Source of the DNA: Eledone cirrhosa
Taxonomy: Eukaryota
Direction: 5' to 3'
Length of the DNA stretch: 64,000 nucleotides
NCBI GenBank assembly: GCA_964016885.1
Contig: OZ024750.1
Coordinates: 40,052,001-40,116,000, forward strand
The notes under the pieces are model-generated. The model made no database searches. It saw only the letters and a program-made list of their open reading frames with translations, and was not told where the DNA came from. The translations under genes and the position numbers were made by a program. Shown here in pieces: positions 39,500-53,885 of this stretch. Within the stretch, counting starts at the first letter, position 1; every line of letters starts with the position of its first letter.

Positions 39500-41982
39500 T
39501 AGAGTAAAACAAATTCGTGCTGCCACCCATGGTTACCATTCTCCCTCTCTCTATATGTCGTCACCAATGTTGTCCATGGTTGATACAGCTTGGCACTGGT
39601 GACGTCGCAACTCATTTCAACAGCTGAGTGGAGTGACGTGGTATATAGTGTCTCGTGCAATGAGTGGAGTGACGTGGTATATAGTGTCTCGTGCAATGAG
39701 TGGAGTGACGTGGTATATAGTGTCTCGTGCAATGAGTGGAGTGACGTGGTATATAGTGTCTCGTGTAATGAGTGGAGTGACGTGGTATATAGTGTCTCGT
39801 GTAATGAGTGGAGTGACGTGGTATATAGTGTCTCGTTCAATGAGTGGAGTGACGTGGTATATAGTGTCTCGTGTAATGAGTGGAGTGACGTGGTATATAG
39901 TGTCTCGTTCAATGAGTGGAGTGACGTGGTATATAGTGTCTCGTGCAATGAGTGGAGTGACGTGGTATATAGTGTCTCGTTCAATGAGTGGAGTGACGTG
40001 GTATATAGTGTCTCGTGTAATGAGTGGAGTGACGTGGTATATAGTGTCTCGTGTAATGAGTGGAGTGACGTGGTATATAGTGTCTCGTGTAATGAGTGGA
40101 GTGACGTGGTATATAGTGTCTCGTTCAATGAGTGGAGTGACGTGGTATATAGTGTCTCGTGCAATGAGTGGAGTGACGTGGTATATAGTGTCTCGTTCAA
40201 TGAGTGGAGTGACGTGGTATATAGTGTCTCGTGTAATGAGTGGAGTGACGTGGTATATAGTGTCTCGTTCAATGAGTGGAGTGACGTGGTATATAGTGTC
40301 TCGTGCAATGAGTGGAGTGACGTGGTATATAGTGTCTCGTTCAATGAGTGGAGTGACGTGGTATATAGTGTCTCGTGCAATGAGTGGAGTGACGTGGTAT
40401 ATAGTGTCTCGTGCAATGAGTGGAGTGACGTGGTGTATAGTGTCTCGTGCAATGAGTGGAGTGACGTGGTATATAGTGTCTCGTTCAATGAGTGGAGTGA
40501 CGTGGTATATAGTGTCTCGTGCAATGAGTGGAGTGACGTGGTATATAGTGTCTCGTTCAATGAGTGGAGTGACGTGGTATATAGTGTCTCGTGCAATGAG
40601 TGGAGTGACGTGGTATATAGTGTCTCGTTCAATGAGTGGAGTGACGTGGTATATAGTGTCTCGTGCAATGAGTGGAGTGACGTGGTATATAGTGTCTCGT
40701 TCAATGAGTGGAGTGACGTGGTATATAGTGTCTCGTGCAATGAGTGGAGTGACGTGGTATATAGTGTCTCGTTCAATGAGTGGAGTGACGTGGTATATAG
40801 TGTCTCGTTCAATGAGTGGAGTGACGTGGTATATAGTGTCTGGTGCAATGAGTGGAGTGACGTGGTATATAGTGTCTCGTTCAATGAGTGGAGTGACGTG
40901 GTATATAGTGTCTCGTGCAATGAGTGGAGTGACGTGGTATATAGTGTCTCGTGCAATGAGTGGAGTGACGTGGTATATAGTGTCTCGTTCAATGAGTGGA
41001 GTGACGTGGTATATAGTGTCTCGTGCAATGAGTGGAGTGACGTGGTATATAGTGTCTCGTGCAATGAGTGGAGTGACGTGGTATATAGTGTCTCGTGCAA
41101 TGAGTGGAGTGACGTGGTATATAGTGTCTCGTTCAATGAGTGGAGTGACGTGGTATATAGTGTCTCGTTCAATGAGTGGAGTGACGTGGTATATAGTGTC
41201 TCGTTCAATGAGTGGAGTGACGTGGTATATAGTGTCTCGTGCAATGAGTGGAGTGACGTGGTATATAGTGTCTCGTTCAATGAGTGGAGTGACGTGGTAT
41301 ATAGTGTCTCGTGCAATGAGTGGAGTGACGTGGTATATAGTGTCTCGTGCAATGAGTGGAGTGACGTGGTATATAGTGTCTCGTTCAATGAGTGGAGTGA
41401 CGTGGTGTATAGTGTCTCGTTCAATGAGTGGAGTGACGTGGTATATAGTGTCTCGTTCAATGAGTGGAGTGACGTGATATATAGTGTCTCGTTCAATGAG
41501 TGGAGTGACGTGGTATATAGTGTCTCGTGCAATGAGTGGAGTGACGTGGTATATAGTGTCTCGTGCAATGAGTGGAGTGACGTGGTATATAGTGTCTCGT
41601 TCAATGAGTGGAGTGACGTGGTGTATAGTGTCTCGTTCAATGAGTGGAGTGACGTGGTATATAGTGTCTCGTGCAATGAGTGGAGTGACGTGGTATATAG
41701 TGTCTCGTTCAATGAGTGGAGTGACGTGGTATATAGTGTCTCGTGCAATGAGTGGAGTGACGTGGTATATAGTGTCTCGTTCAATGAGTGGAGTGACGTG
41801 GTATATAGTGTCTCGTTCAATGAGTGGAGTGACGTGGTATATAGTGTCTCGTTCAATGAGTGGAGTGACGTGGTATATAGTGTCTCGTTCAATGACACAA
41901 CACATCACCCAGTCCGGGAATCGAAATCACAACATCACGATTGGGGATCTAACAATCTAACTAAACAGCCACGAGCCTTCAC
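39500..41982 (-). mobile_element. CORE-SINE inflated by a 36-bp tandem array (~63 copies, 39626-41894)
   Basis: tRNA head at 41895-41982 (reverse complement gtgaaggctcgtggctg...gatttcgattcccgg). The reverse-complement unit ttgaacgagacactatataccacgtcactccactca resembles CORE. The SINE body resumes at 39625 (ctcagctgttgaaatgagttgcgacgtcac). Confidence 0.85.
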
Positions 41983-41999
41983 TACCTTATCATATGTAA

Positions 42000-42873
42000 C
42001 GTTCTGAGTTCAAATCCAGCCGAGGTTAGCTTTGCCTTTCATCCTTACAGGGTCGATAAAATAAAGTACCAGTAATACACTGAGGTCGATTTAATCGACT
42101 TTCCCCCCTCTCCCCAAATTGCTGGCCTTGTGCCTATAGTAGAAATCATTATTAAAGTACCAGTAATACACTGGGGTTTGATTTAATCGACTTTCCCCTC
42201 TCCCCAAATTGCTGGCCTTGAGCCTATAGTAGAAATCATTATTAAAGTACCAGTAATACACTGGGGGTTGATTTAATCGACTTTCCCCTCTCCCCAAATT
42301 ACTGGCCTTCTGCCTATAGTAGAAATCATTATTAAAGTACCAGTAATACACTGGGGGTTGATTTAATCGACTTTCCCCTCTCCCCAAATTACTGGCCTTC
42401 TGCCTATAGTAGAAATCATTATTAAAGTACCAGTAATACACTGGAGTTTGATTTAATCGACTTTCCCCTCTCCCCCAAATTACTGGCCTTCTGCCTATAG
42501 TAGAAATCATTATTAAAGTACCAGTAATACACTGGGGTTTGATTTAATCGACTTTCCCCTCTCCCCAAATTACTGGCCTTCTACCTATAGTAGAAATCAT
42601 TATTAAAGTACCAGTAATACACTGGGGGTTGATTTAATCGACTTTCCCCTCTCCCCAAATTACTGGCCTTCTGCCTATAGTAGAAATCATTATTAAAGTA
42701 CCAGTAATACACTGGGGTTTGATTTAATCGACTTTCCCCTCTCCCCAAATTACTGGCCTTCTGCCTATAGTAGAAATCATTATTAAAGTACCAGTAATAC
42801 ACTGGGGGTTGATTTAATCGACTTTCCCCTCTCCCCAAATTACTGGCCTTCTGCCTATAGTAGAAATCATTAT
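42000..42873 (+). mobile_element. Meta-SINE whose 3' 90 bp is tandemly repeated ~9 times
   Basis: Unit taaagtaccagtaatacactggg...ggccttctgcctatagtagaaatcattat, period 90. Confidence 0.9.
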
Positions 42874-43433
42874 TTAACACATTTCTATGCCATGTTATCA
42901 CATGTTACTGCCCTCCTCCATATTAACCTTATTTTATGAGAGGCAAGGGTCGGGAATAAAGATTAACTTTATATCTACAATCCCAACAACCTCTATATAG
43001 ATAAATTCTGCTTCATACCAATGTTATGACTTCACATTCAATAGCTTAGCTTTATTTCACCTACACCTAAAGTAATCACCTATATTTTATAATATCATTT
43101 ACACTTATATCTTTATAAAATTCCTTCACGTTCTTTCTTATTCATATATTTCATTGATATCCCTCCTTCATTTCTAATCTTTCTAACTTAAGTCATGTTT
43201 ATAGTATCTTTTTGTTGATCAGGTAATAAAGACGCTCCAAATATTTAAAACAGTCTTTTGTGTCCTTTCATAATCGTAAAAAATGATATAAGAATCCATC
43301 AATAATACTGGATATATTTCTATCAACACCTGCTAAAAGGTGTCAAACGCCGTAGATAGTATATAATAAAAAGAAAGGTTTTAAGGGAACGTGGTCCACC
43401 AGTCGTTAAGATGTCGGATATGATGCTTTACGG

Positions 43434-45305
43434 CAGGATGGGCAAAAAGATTTTTGTATTTAATCATTTTATTAATTTATGTATTATAATAATGCAGTTT
43501 ATATTTTATATTTTCTAAATTCTAATTGAAGAAAAGTAAGGTTACTGGCACACTATATCCAATAATATCTAGTACTATACTATACTGTACTGTACTGTAC
43601 TATACTGTACTGTACTATACTGTACTATACTGTACTATACTATACTGTACTATACTATACTGTACTATACTATACTGTACTGTACTATACTGTACTATAC
43701 TATACTGCATTGTACTATACTGTACTATACTGTACTATACTGTACTATACTATACTGTACTGTACTATACTATACTATACTGTACTATACTGTACTATAC
43801 TGTAGTATACTATACTGCACTGTACTATACTGTACTATACTGTACTATACTATACTGTACTGTACTATACTGTACTATACTGTACTATACTATACTGTAC
43901 TGTACTATACTATACTGCATTGTACTATACTGTACTATACTGTACTATACTGTACTATACTATACTGTACTGTACTATACTATACTATACTGTACTATAC
44001 TGTACTATACTGTACTATACTATACTGCACTGTACTATACTGTACTATACTGTACTATACTATACTGTACTGTACTATACTGTACTATACTGTACTATAC
44101 TATACTGTACTGTACTATACTATACTGTACTGTACTATACTGTACTATACTGTACTATACTATACTGCACTGTACTATACTGTACTATACTGTACTATAC
44201 TATACTGTACTGTACTATACTATACTGTACTGTACTATACTGTACTATACTGTACTATACTATACTGTACTGTACTATACTATACTATACTGTACTATAC
44301 TGTACTATACTGTACTATACTATACTTTACTGTACTATACTGTACTATACTGTACTATACTATACTGTACTGTACTATACTATACTGTACTGTACTATAC
44401 TGTACTATACTGTACTATACTATACTGCACTGTACTATACTGTACTGTACTGTACTGTACTGTACTATACTATACAGTACTATACTATACTGTACTATAC
44501 TATACTGTACTATACTATACTGTACTGTACTATACTGTACTATACTATACTGTACTGTACTATAATGAACTATACTATACTGTACTGTGCTATACTGCAC
44601 TATACTATACTGTACTATACTGTACTGTACTATACTATATTGAGCTATACTATACTGTACTGTACTATACTGCACTATACTATACTGTACTATACTATAT
44701 TGTACTATACTATACTGTACTATACTATACCGTACTATACTATACCGTACTATACTATACTGTACTATACTATACTGTACTATACTATACTGTACTATAC
44801 TATACTGTACTATACTATACTGTACTGTACTATACCGTACTATACTATACTGTACTATACTATACTGTACTATACTATACTGTACTATACTGTACTGTAC
44901 TATACTGCACTATACCATACTGTACTATACTATACTGTACTATACTATACTGTACTGTACTATATTATACTGTACTATACTATACTGTATTATACTATAC
45001 TGTACTGTACTATACTGTACTATACTATACTGCACTGTACTATACTGTACTGTACTATACTATATTGTACTATACTATACTATACTGTACTATACCGTAC
45101 TATACTATACTGTACTATACTATACTGTACTATATTATACTGTACTATACTATACTGTACTATACTATACTGTACTATACTATACCGTACTATACTATAT
45201 TGTACTATACTATACTGTACTATATCCAATAATAAATGGTGCGGCCCTCTGGTAGTCATGACCCAGTCACTGTAGCCTCCGATCCCAAAAGCTTGCCCAC
45301 CCCTG
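43434..45305. mobile_element. hAT MITE with internal (TATAC/TGTAC)n array, inserted in a Meta-SINE
   Basis: TIRs caggatgggcaa / ttgcccacccctg. Perfect 8-bp TSD ctttacgg (43426-43433, 45306-45313). SINE head lies before and B-box/Meta after. Confidence 0.85.
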
Positions 45306-45739
45306 CTTTACGGTACTCATTCCATCTCATTGTGCGCTCTGAGTTCAAATCCTGTTGTGGTCAACTTTACTTTTCATCCTTTCGAGCTCGATAAAAAAAA
45401 GTAGCTGTCCAGTACTGGGGTCGATTCTTCCTCTATAGAAAACAATCGGCTGTGTTCAAACCTGGAGAGGGCTGGGCTCCGCCAGGCTTAAAAAAGGTGC
45501 CCTAGACAAGCCGTATGTCGGTACCTCTACGACTCCACAAGGAGTTATGGGAGCTTTATCCTTATTAGTCCACGAGCTTTTGTGTAATATCTTACAGTAG
45601 CCATTTCACTTCACTTATGTTACAGATGTCATTAGGAAAGGCATGAACTTCACATAGTCTCATGTTACTATTCCTGTTTATATAACAACTCTGTCAATTT
45701 GCCAGCTTTAATTATTTATTGTGCGTATGCACCCTTAAC

Positions 45740-46521
45740 TCCTGGTGGAGTTGTAAGGGTGCGGTATTGACATACAGCATTTCTTGGGCATCTTTTAAAA
45801 TCTGGTGAAGCCCATCTTCTCTCCAAGCCTCAATACAGCCGTTTCTTCCAGACGGACAGATAGTTTGAGAGAATGAAGGTGTGAAAGAGATATAGAGGAA
45901 GATTCAACCCCAGTACTTGACTGTAGACTGGTATTTTGTTTATCGGTCGTGAAAGGATGAAAGGCAAAGTTGACCTCGGTGCGATTTGAACTCAGAGAGC
46001 AGGGAACCAGAACGAATACTGCAAAGCATTCTATATGACATCCTAACGACTCTGCCATTCTATCTGACGTTCTAACCACTCTGCCATTCTATCTGACGTT
46101 CTAACCACTCTACCATTCTATCTGACATCCTAACCACTCTGCCATTCTATCTGACGTCCTAACCACTCTGCCATTCTATCTGACGTTCTAACCACTCTAC
46201 CATTCTATCTGACGTTCTAACCACTCTACCATTCTATCTGACATTCTCACCATTCTACCATTCTATCTGACGTTCTAACCACTCTACCATTCTATCTGAC
46301 GTTCTAACCACTCTACCATTCTATCTGACGTTCTAACGACTCTGCCATTCTATCTGACGTTCTAACGACTCTACCATTCTATCTGACGTTCTAACCACTC
46401 TACCATTCTATCTGACGTTCTAGCCACTCTACCATTCTATCTGACGTTCTAACGACTCTACCATTCTATCAGACGTTCTAACGACTCTACCATTCTATCA
46501 GACGTTCTAACCACTCTACCA
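45740..46521 (-). mobile_element. Long-tail Meta-SINE with a 29-bp tandem expansion of its A-box (~17 copies, 46031-46521)
   Basis: Reverse-complement unit aatggcagagtggttagaacgtcagatag is the SINE tRNA A-box region. Confidence 0.8.
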
Positions 46522-46689
46522 GTTCATTATCTTTTATGATCAATTACCTGCCACTAAACAATTTATCACGTCACTTTATTGATTTGTGGATATGACGTAG
46601 AGATATTGAATGCATGATGGGACGATACCAAACCAAGAAGAAAAGACAGGGCTAACCTCGGTGGGGGTTTGAACTCATTAGGTAAAGGG

Positions 46690-47055
<366 letters not shown>

Positions 47056-47280
47056 TGATAGAGAGAGATGGGGGAGACAGAGAGGGAGTATCTTATACCA
47101 ATCACTGAAGGGTATGTAACAGTTAAAGTACTTGCAAGAATAGTTTACAGGAATCTTCCCTAGGGATATACTCACATTAAAAAAACCCTAAATATAAGGA
47201 TCCTGACCCCAAACCCCTGACCGTAATTACAGTTTCTGAATTGAAGAATAAATCAGGCGATAGTTTGAATTGATATGGTC

Positions 47281-47403
47281 CTATAACTCCCGTGGGAGTG
47301 GTAGGGACGCCATATTGACATACAGCGTATCTAGGGCATTTTGAAACCTAGCGGAGCCCATCTCTTCTCCAGGTCTGAATACAGAAGATGTCTTCCAAAG
47401 AAG

Positions 47404-47446
<43 letters not shown>

Positions 47447-47627
47447 TGGAAGTGAGAAAGAGATATTATAGAGAAAAAATCGACGCCCAATACTGGACTG
47501 GTACTTTTTTTTAATCAACCACGATGAAAGGCAAAATTGATCTCGGTGCGATTTGAACTCTGAACATAGATAATCGAAACGAACACCTCAAAGCATTCTG
47601 TCCAACGTTCTAACGACTTTGCCAATC
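47281..47627 (-). mobile_element. Long-tail Meta-SINE
   Basis: Homologous to 165-465 and 45740-46060. Confidence 0.65.
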
Positions 47628-47954
47628 TTCCATCTGGTGGAGATATTACTAAACCGCAAAACAAGGATGTGACAAGACGTTTGATTAGTTAGTTGAAAAT
47701 AATTCACAAATCCTTTTATTGTAGATTTGGAGCATAAACGTTTGTGTACAAACGTGTTAATAGAGTGCAATTATTAAGAGCAGATGTGTTTAAGTGTGCA
47801 CTTCCCCGTTTTAATTGCAAGGTTAAATGCAGTGGTGGTAGTGGGATGGGGTAGAAGATAATGCACCTTCGAATCGTTAAGTTCCTACCACAAGTAATAA
47901 GCACACACCTGTGTTGTTGACAAAAAGTGTCATCGTTTATCATTACATGAGTAA

Positions 47955-48448
47955 CAGGACGCCATGCTTTCCAGCATAGTTACGTCCCTTTACGATCTGA
48001 GTTCAAAGCCCGCTGAGGTTGACTTTGCCTTTCATCCTTACGGGGTCGATAAAATAAAGTACCAGTAATGTACTGGGTAATTGCTGTCCTTGTGCCTAAA
48101 GTAGAAACAATTACATGAGTAACAGGAGTTCAAATCCCTGCCGAGTTTAGATTTGCCTTTCGTCCTTACAGGGTCGATAAATAAAGTATCAACAACACAC
48201 CAAATTTGTTGGCCTTGTGTCTAAATCAGAAAACATTATCTCACATAAAACAGGGCGGTGGATTGGCAGAAGAACTTGTAGAGCATCGGACAACATGCTT
48301 TGCAGGATAGAGTTACGGCCGTTTACGTTCTGAGTTCAAATGCTATCGAAATTATCTTTGCCTTTCATCCTTATGGGGTCGATAAAATAAAGTACCAGTA
48401 ATACACTGGGATAATTGTTGGCCTTGTGCCAAAAGTAGAAACAATTAT
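47955..48448 (+). mobile_element. Three tandem Meta-SINE copies
   Basis: Consensus B-box, Meta and tail motifs occur three times in the same orientation. Confidence 0.75.
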
Positions 48449-48559
48449 TAACAGGAAATCTGTTGATGGAAGAGAATTAGTAAGTAGGGGGGGGGGGATT
48501 AGAAATGTCGGAGGCTTTACCATAATTTGTTTTTATATATTCTGAGCTGAGACATTGTA

Positions 48560-49664
48560 CAAGAATTGACTGAAGAGTTCATAGGCCGACCAAGATACTC
48601 TCATGGAATGACCAAATAAGGGTTATCAATTTCACAGCTCTAGCATCATTCCTTCATAAGCTGACCAAGATACTCTCATGGAATGACCAAATAAGGGTTA
48701 TCAATTTCACAGCTCTAGCATCATTCCTTCATAAGCTGACCAAGATACTCTCATGGAATGACCAAATAAGGTTTATCAATTTCACAGCTCTAGCATCATT
48801 CCTTCATAAGCTGACCAAGATACTCTCATGGAATGACCAAATAAGGTTTATCAATTTCACAGCTCTAGCATCATTCCTTCATAAGCTGACCAAGATACTC
48901 TCATGGAATGACCAAATAAGGTTTATCAATTTCACAGCTCTAGCATCTCTCCTACATAAGCTGACCAAGATACTCTCATGGAATGACCAAATAAGGTTTA
49001 TCAATTTCACAGCTCTAGCATCTCTCCTACATAAGCTGACCAAGATACTCTCATGGAATGACCAAATAAGGTTTATCAATTTCACAGCTCTAGCATCACT
49101 CCTTCATAAGCTGACCAAGATACTCTCATGGAATGACCAAATAAGGTTTATCAATTTCACAGCTCTAGCATCACTCCTACATAAGCTGACCAAGATACTC
49201 TCATGGAATGACCAAATAAGGGTTATCAATTTCACAGCTCTAGCATCTCTCCTACATAAGGTGACCAAGATACTCTCATGGAATGACCAAATAAGGTTTA
49301 TCAATTTCACAGCTCTAGCATCTTTCCTACATAAGGTGACCAAGATACTCTCATGGAATGACCAAATAAGGTTTATCAATTTTACAGCTCTAGCATCACT
49401 CCTTCATAAGCTGACCAAGATACTCTCATGGAATGACCAAATAAGGTTTATCAATTTCACAGCTCTAGCATCTCTCCTACATAAGGTGACCAAGATACTC
49501 TCATGGAATGACCAAATAAGGTTTATCAATTTCACAGCTCTAGCATCTCTCCTACATAAGCTGACCAAGATACTCTCATGGAATGACCAAATAAGGTTTA
49601 TCAATTTCACAGCTCTAACATCACTCCTTCATAGTCAGCCTATCAACTTTTCAACTGAACCTCC
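48560..49664. mobile_element. Mariner-like MITE with a 75-bp internal array (~14 copies)
   Basis: Inverted ends tgaagagttcataggccgac / gtcagcctatcaacttttca. Unit ctgaccaagatactctcatggaatgacc...cataag. Confidence 0.65.
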
Positions 49665-51354
49665 TAAGTGTCGTACATAAAACTATTAGTATATTGATAA
49701 GTTAAGACTGGACATACCTGTATCTTAGAAACACTAAATCTGGGGAAGAATTGATTCAGTTGTAGTGAAACTGTCTCAGTGACCAGGTCACAAACAGAAC
49801 GACGAAATATTTGACACCAAAAAATAATTGATAAATATATTCAGGGATCAGGGATCAATAATTTCATTTTGTAATTATCCATATTTTATATTTTGTTATT
49901 AGTTTTGTCCATGGGTCACGTGTATATCACATCATTTCTTACATATTATAATAGTAAAAGATCCGAGGCCCACAGAAAACAACTCAGTGGGCCTCATGTT
50001 AGCTGGAGCCCACCCATGTCATAGAGGAAGGGTGGAAGACATCTGGAACAGCCCCACCTATTTTAATTAAGTTTTCTTTTCTAATCATTAGTAAATATTT
50101 ATTTATTGTTCTTCGTTTTTATATAATTTTTATCTTATTTATATTTTGCAAATGTATTTCTAAACCCTGATGCCCATAAACATTATCCCAGTAACTCAGT
50201 TTCAAACAGTTGCAGTAGAACTGTGTCAGTGACCAGCGCGATGAAAGTTTTGATACAAAAAAATAAATGATAAATATAAAGTGAAATTAACAGTTTTTGT
50301 GCATTTTTGAATGGCTAAAATGATTATTATATTTTGTTTTTTAATTATTTAATTAATTTTTCTTTTTCAATTCATATTAAATGATTATTGCAGAGAATCT
50401 GAACACCAGTGTCAAACCGTGTATGGTTGTGTGTGGAAGGGGGGTGCATTTTAGCATGAAAAGACATGTTTCATCTGTCATACGTTTGTTCTTAATTCTA
50501 AAGTCAACTTTTACGAGTCTATAAACTTTATAAATTATATAAAACCTCATCAATTTAAGAAGAGAATCTTGAGTGAGTTGAGCAAAAAATAAGGATGTTA
50601 ATATGAAAATATCCATTTACATTGTTAATTGTGATAGCTATCAAAAGAAAACATTTTAAAAAGACTTTTAAAACGTGAGGATTTATTGTTTTTAGATCAA
50701 CCTCCTCGATTAGCAAGATATGTTACATTTCACTTTAAATATACATTTCATGTATTAGATTCTTGAACAAAAGGTGGCTGTCTAGAGCGACGCATTTTAT
50801 GTCTCTAAAAAAAGAAAAGTAAATTTAAACTTGCAAGACACAAATATAACTATTTTAAAAAGCTCATGAGAAAGTGGAAGTCATTTAAAATCTGACTTTG
50901 TAGAAGCAATACATTATAAAAGAAAATGTTAAGCTCTTCGGGACATTAGCTTAATTTTCAGAAAAATATTTCGAAATGATACAAGTAGAGTATGCCAGCC
51001 TGGTGATGATGTCACATGCCCACACGGGATAAAGTTTTTCCCGTTCGAGAGAGTATATCTCTAACTTAGGATGACACGTGATGCGACACGTTCTACGACA
51101 CAATCCACTAACCCTAACCTATGGACATGAATTTCTGCATACGTTATCTGCTCTTCAAAATGCCTGTTCTCTATTCTTTTTACTGACATATAGGCATATA
51201 GATGGTAGCCCGTGAGTAGGTGTTAGCGTTCGGTGAGTCACAGAACAAAATAACATTACAATATGTCAAACAATGTGGGAGTGGGTGGAACGCCTTTAAC
51301 TTTCAGGTTCAGAAAAAGAACATACCATCCATGGCCTCCCCTTCCCATCAGATA

Positions 51355-51630
51355 CCAAACTTCGAGGTTGCCGCTTTCAATGTTGGCACAATGAAAGGTA
51401 GATCGGGAGAGATTGTGGCGATGCCTAGAGCGGAGATGTGTAGACGTATGCTATGTGCAACAAGTAAGATGTAGAAGAGTCTTGGTCCTTGGCCAGACAC
51501 ATCCTCGGCAACGAACATGTGTACAAGTTCTTCTATATGGGTAACAGCGATGGAGTGGCTAGGGTAGGAATACTGCTGGCAGAGAAATGGGTGGTTAAAG
51601 TATTTAAGGTAGTAAAGGTGTGTAATAGCT
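51355..51630 (+). pseudogene. RTE LINE apurinic endonuclease fragment (frameshifted)
   Basis: AAFNVGTMKGRSGEIV ... YKFFYMGNSDGVARVGILLAEKWV. Confidence 0.75.
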
Positions 51631-51829
51631 ACCGTGATGCTAGAAAAATCCGGCATGGTAGGTTACGAGCTGGTCAGACGCATAATTAATCAAGTAATAG
51701 AGAATAGTGACATACCCAAATGACTGGTACATCAACATCATTGTAAACTGCAACAAGGGCTAAGAGAACTACAGAGGCACCAAGATGGTGGACCAAATCA
51801 TGAATATTGCTGAAAGCGTTATAGCACAT

Positions 51830-52206
51830 ATAATTGTTTCTACTTTGGGCACAATGCCAGTAATTACCCAGTACATTACTGGTACTTTATTTTATCGACC
51901 CCGTAAGGATGAAAGGCAAAGTTAACCTCGGCGGGATTTGAACTCAGACCATAAAGAGCCGTAACTCTATGCTGCAAAGCATGGCGTCCAACCCTCTACC
52001 GATACTGCCAGGTTTTGATTTAGGCACAAGGTGGGTGGGGGATGATTGAATCGATCCCAGTGCGTTACTGGTACTTTATTTTATCGATCACGTAAATATG
52101 AAAGACAAAGCTAACCTCAGCGTGATTTGAACTCAGAACGCAAGGGGCCGTAACTCTATGCCACCATCTTGTCCGACGCTCTACCGATTACTGCTAATCC
52201 ACCGTC
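51830..52206 (-). mobile_element. Two tandem Meta-SINE copies
   Basis: Consensus motifs occur twice on the minus strand. Confidence 0.75.
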
Positions 52207-52489
52207 CTTTTAACACCAATAACGAGGCACAAAACTAAACTAAATTAAATGTAGTTCGGTTTTTACGCCCCACATCGGGGTTCTAGTGGTCCCTTCTTTC
52301 TAGGGAGACAGCTGCAGGAGAAGTACTTGGCTAACAACACAGTGTCATTTGCAGGTAACAATAACCACGCAGAAGCAGGTGCACCCAAGTGTGGGCGGCC
52401 GGGATAAGCAAATACGTAAAACTCTTACGACAATATATATGGGCGGCACTCACAAACGTAAGCATAAATTTACACATATACAAGTAAAA

Positions 52490-53310
52490 GCATATACATA
52501 CGCACATACACATACATACGCATATATACACATACATACGTACATACACATACATACGCACATACACATACATACGCATATATACACATACATACGTACA
52601 TACAGATACATACGCACATACACATACATACGCATATATACACATACATACGCACATACACATACATACGTACATACACATACATACGCACATACACATA
52701 CATACGAACATACACATACATACGCACATACACATACATACCTGTAAAGGTGGGGGGGGCTACGGTATTAGGAGTGATACAGGCGTTGTTAGGAGTAGTC
52801 ATAGCAACAGATATAGGCGTGTATTATGTAATAATGTCTGTGTGGCTGTGTGTGTCTCTGTGTGTGTCTGTGTGTGTCTCTGTGTGTGTCTGTGTGTGGC
52901 TGTGTGTGTCTCTCTGTGTGTGTCTGTGTGTGTCTCTGTGTGTGTCTGTGTGTGGCTGTGTGTGTGTCTCTGTGTGTGTCTGTGTGTGTCTCTGTGTGTG
53001 TCTGTGTGTGGCTGTGTGTGTGTCTCTGTGTGTGTCTGTGTGTGTCTCTGTGTGTGTCTGTGTGTGTCTCTGTGTGTGTCTGTGTGTGGCTGTGTGTGTG
53101 TCTCTGTGTGTGTCTGTGTGTGTCTCTGTGTGTGTCTGTGTGTGGCTGTGTGTGTGTCTCTGTGTGTGTCTGTGTGTGTCTCTGTGTGTGTCTGTGTGTG
53201 TCTCTGTGTGTGTCTGTGTGTGGCTGTGTGTGTGTCTCTGTGTGTGTCTGTGTGTGTCTCTGTGTGTGTCTGTGTGTGTCTGTGTGTGTCTCTGTGTGTG
53301 TCTGTGTGTG
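52490..53310. repeat. Compound CA/TA and TG/TC microsatellite arrays
   Basis: Direct inspection. Confidence 0.9.
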
Positions 53311-53431
53311 TGGGGGGGGGCTAGACAGGAGTGTGTGTGTGTAAGTATGTGTGTGTGTGTGTGTGGAGGAGGTAGACAGGAGTGTGTGTATATATATATA
53401 TTATTACTATATATATATATATATAGAAACA

Positions 53432-53543
<112 letters not shown>

Positions 53544-53628
53544 TATAATATATATATAGATATAATATATATATATATATATATACAATATTAAATAAAT
53601 GGAAAACTATATTTATAAAACCATATTT

Positions 53629-53692
53629 ATTTCATTATATATATTTCGGGGATATCATATTAACAATATGCTATGCCTTCATCAGACAAAAT
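53629..53692 (-). ncRNA. Minimal type I hammerhead (inverted pLTR copy)
   Basis: Reverse complement of 57134-57197. Confidence 0.75.
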
Positions 53693-53885
53693 ACAATATA
53701 AACAGTTTTATAGATAAATATATTCGACATACCGTAATAAACATCAACTTCATTTGAAGAGGTTCACTCTAGCAGTGAAAATACAGAGAGAAAGAAAGAG
53801 AGAGAGAAAAAAAAGAGGGAAATAAGAAAGAAAGAAAGACAGAACGAAGAAAAGGAAGAAAAAGAAGAAAAAGAAGAAATGCATT

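Noticed and set aside
39499-42007. 600-800-aa ORFs in four frames
   Set aside because: Artefact of a 36-bp unit derived from a SINE CORE domain.
43526-45275. Tyr/Cys-rich ORFs and other YI/CV/HT ORFs in the track
   Set aside because: Translations of microsatellites.
52303-52352. Exon-like segment encoding RQLQEKYLA
   Set aside because: Matches an RTE RT motif (RQLQEK), so it is likely a LINE scrap.
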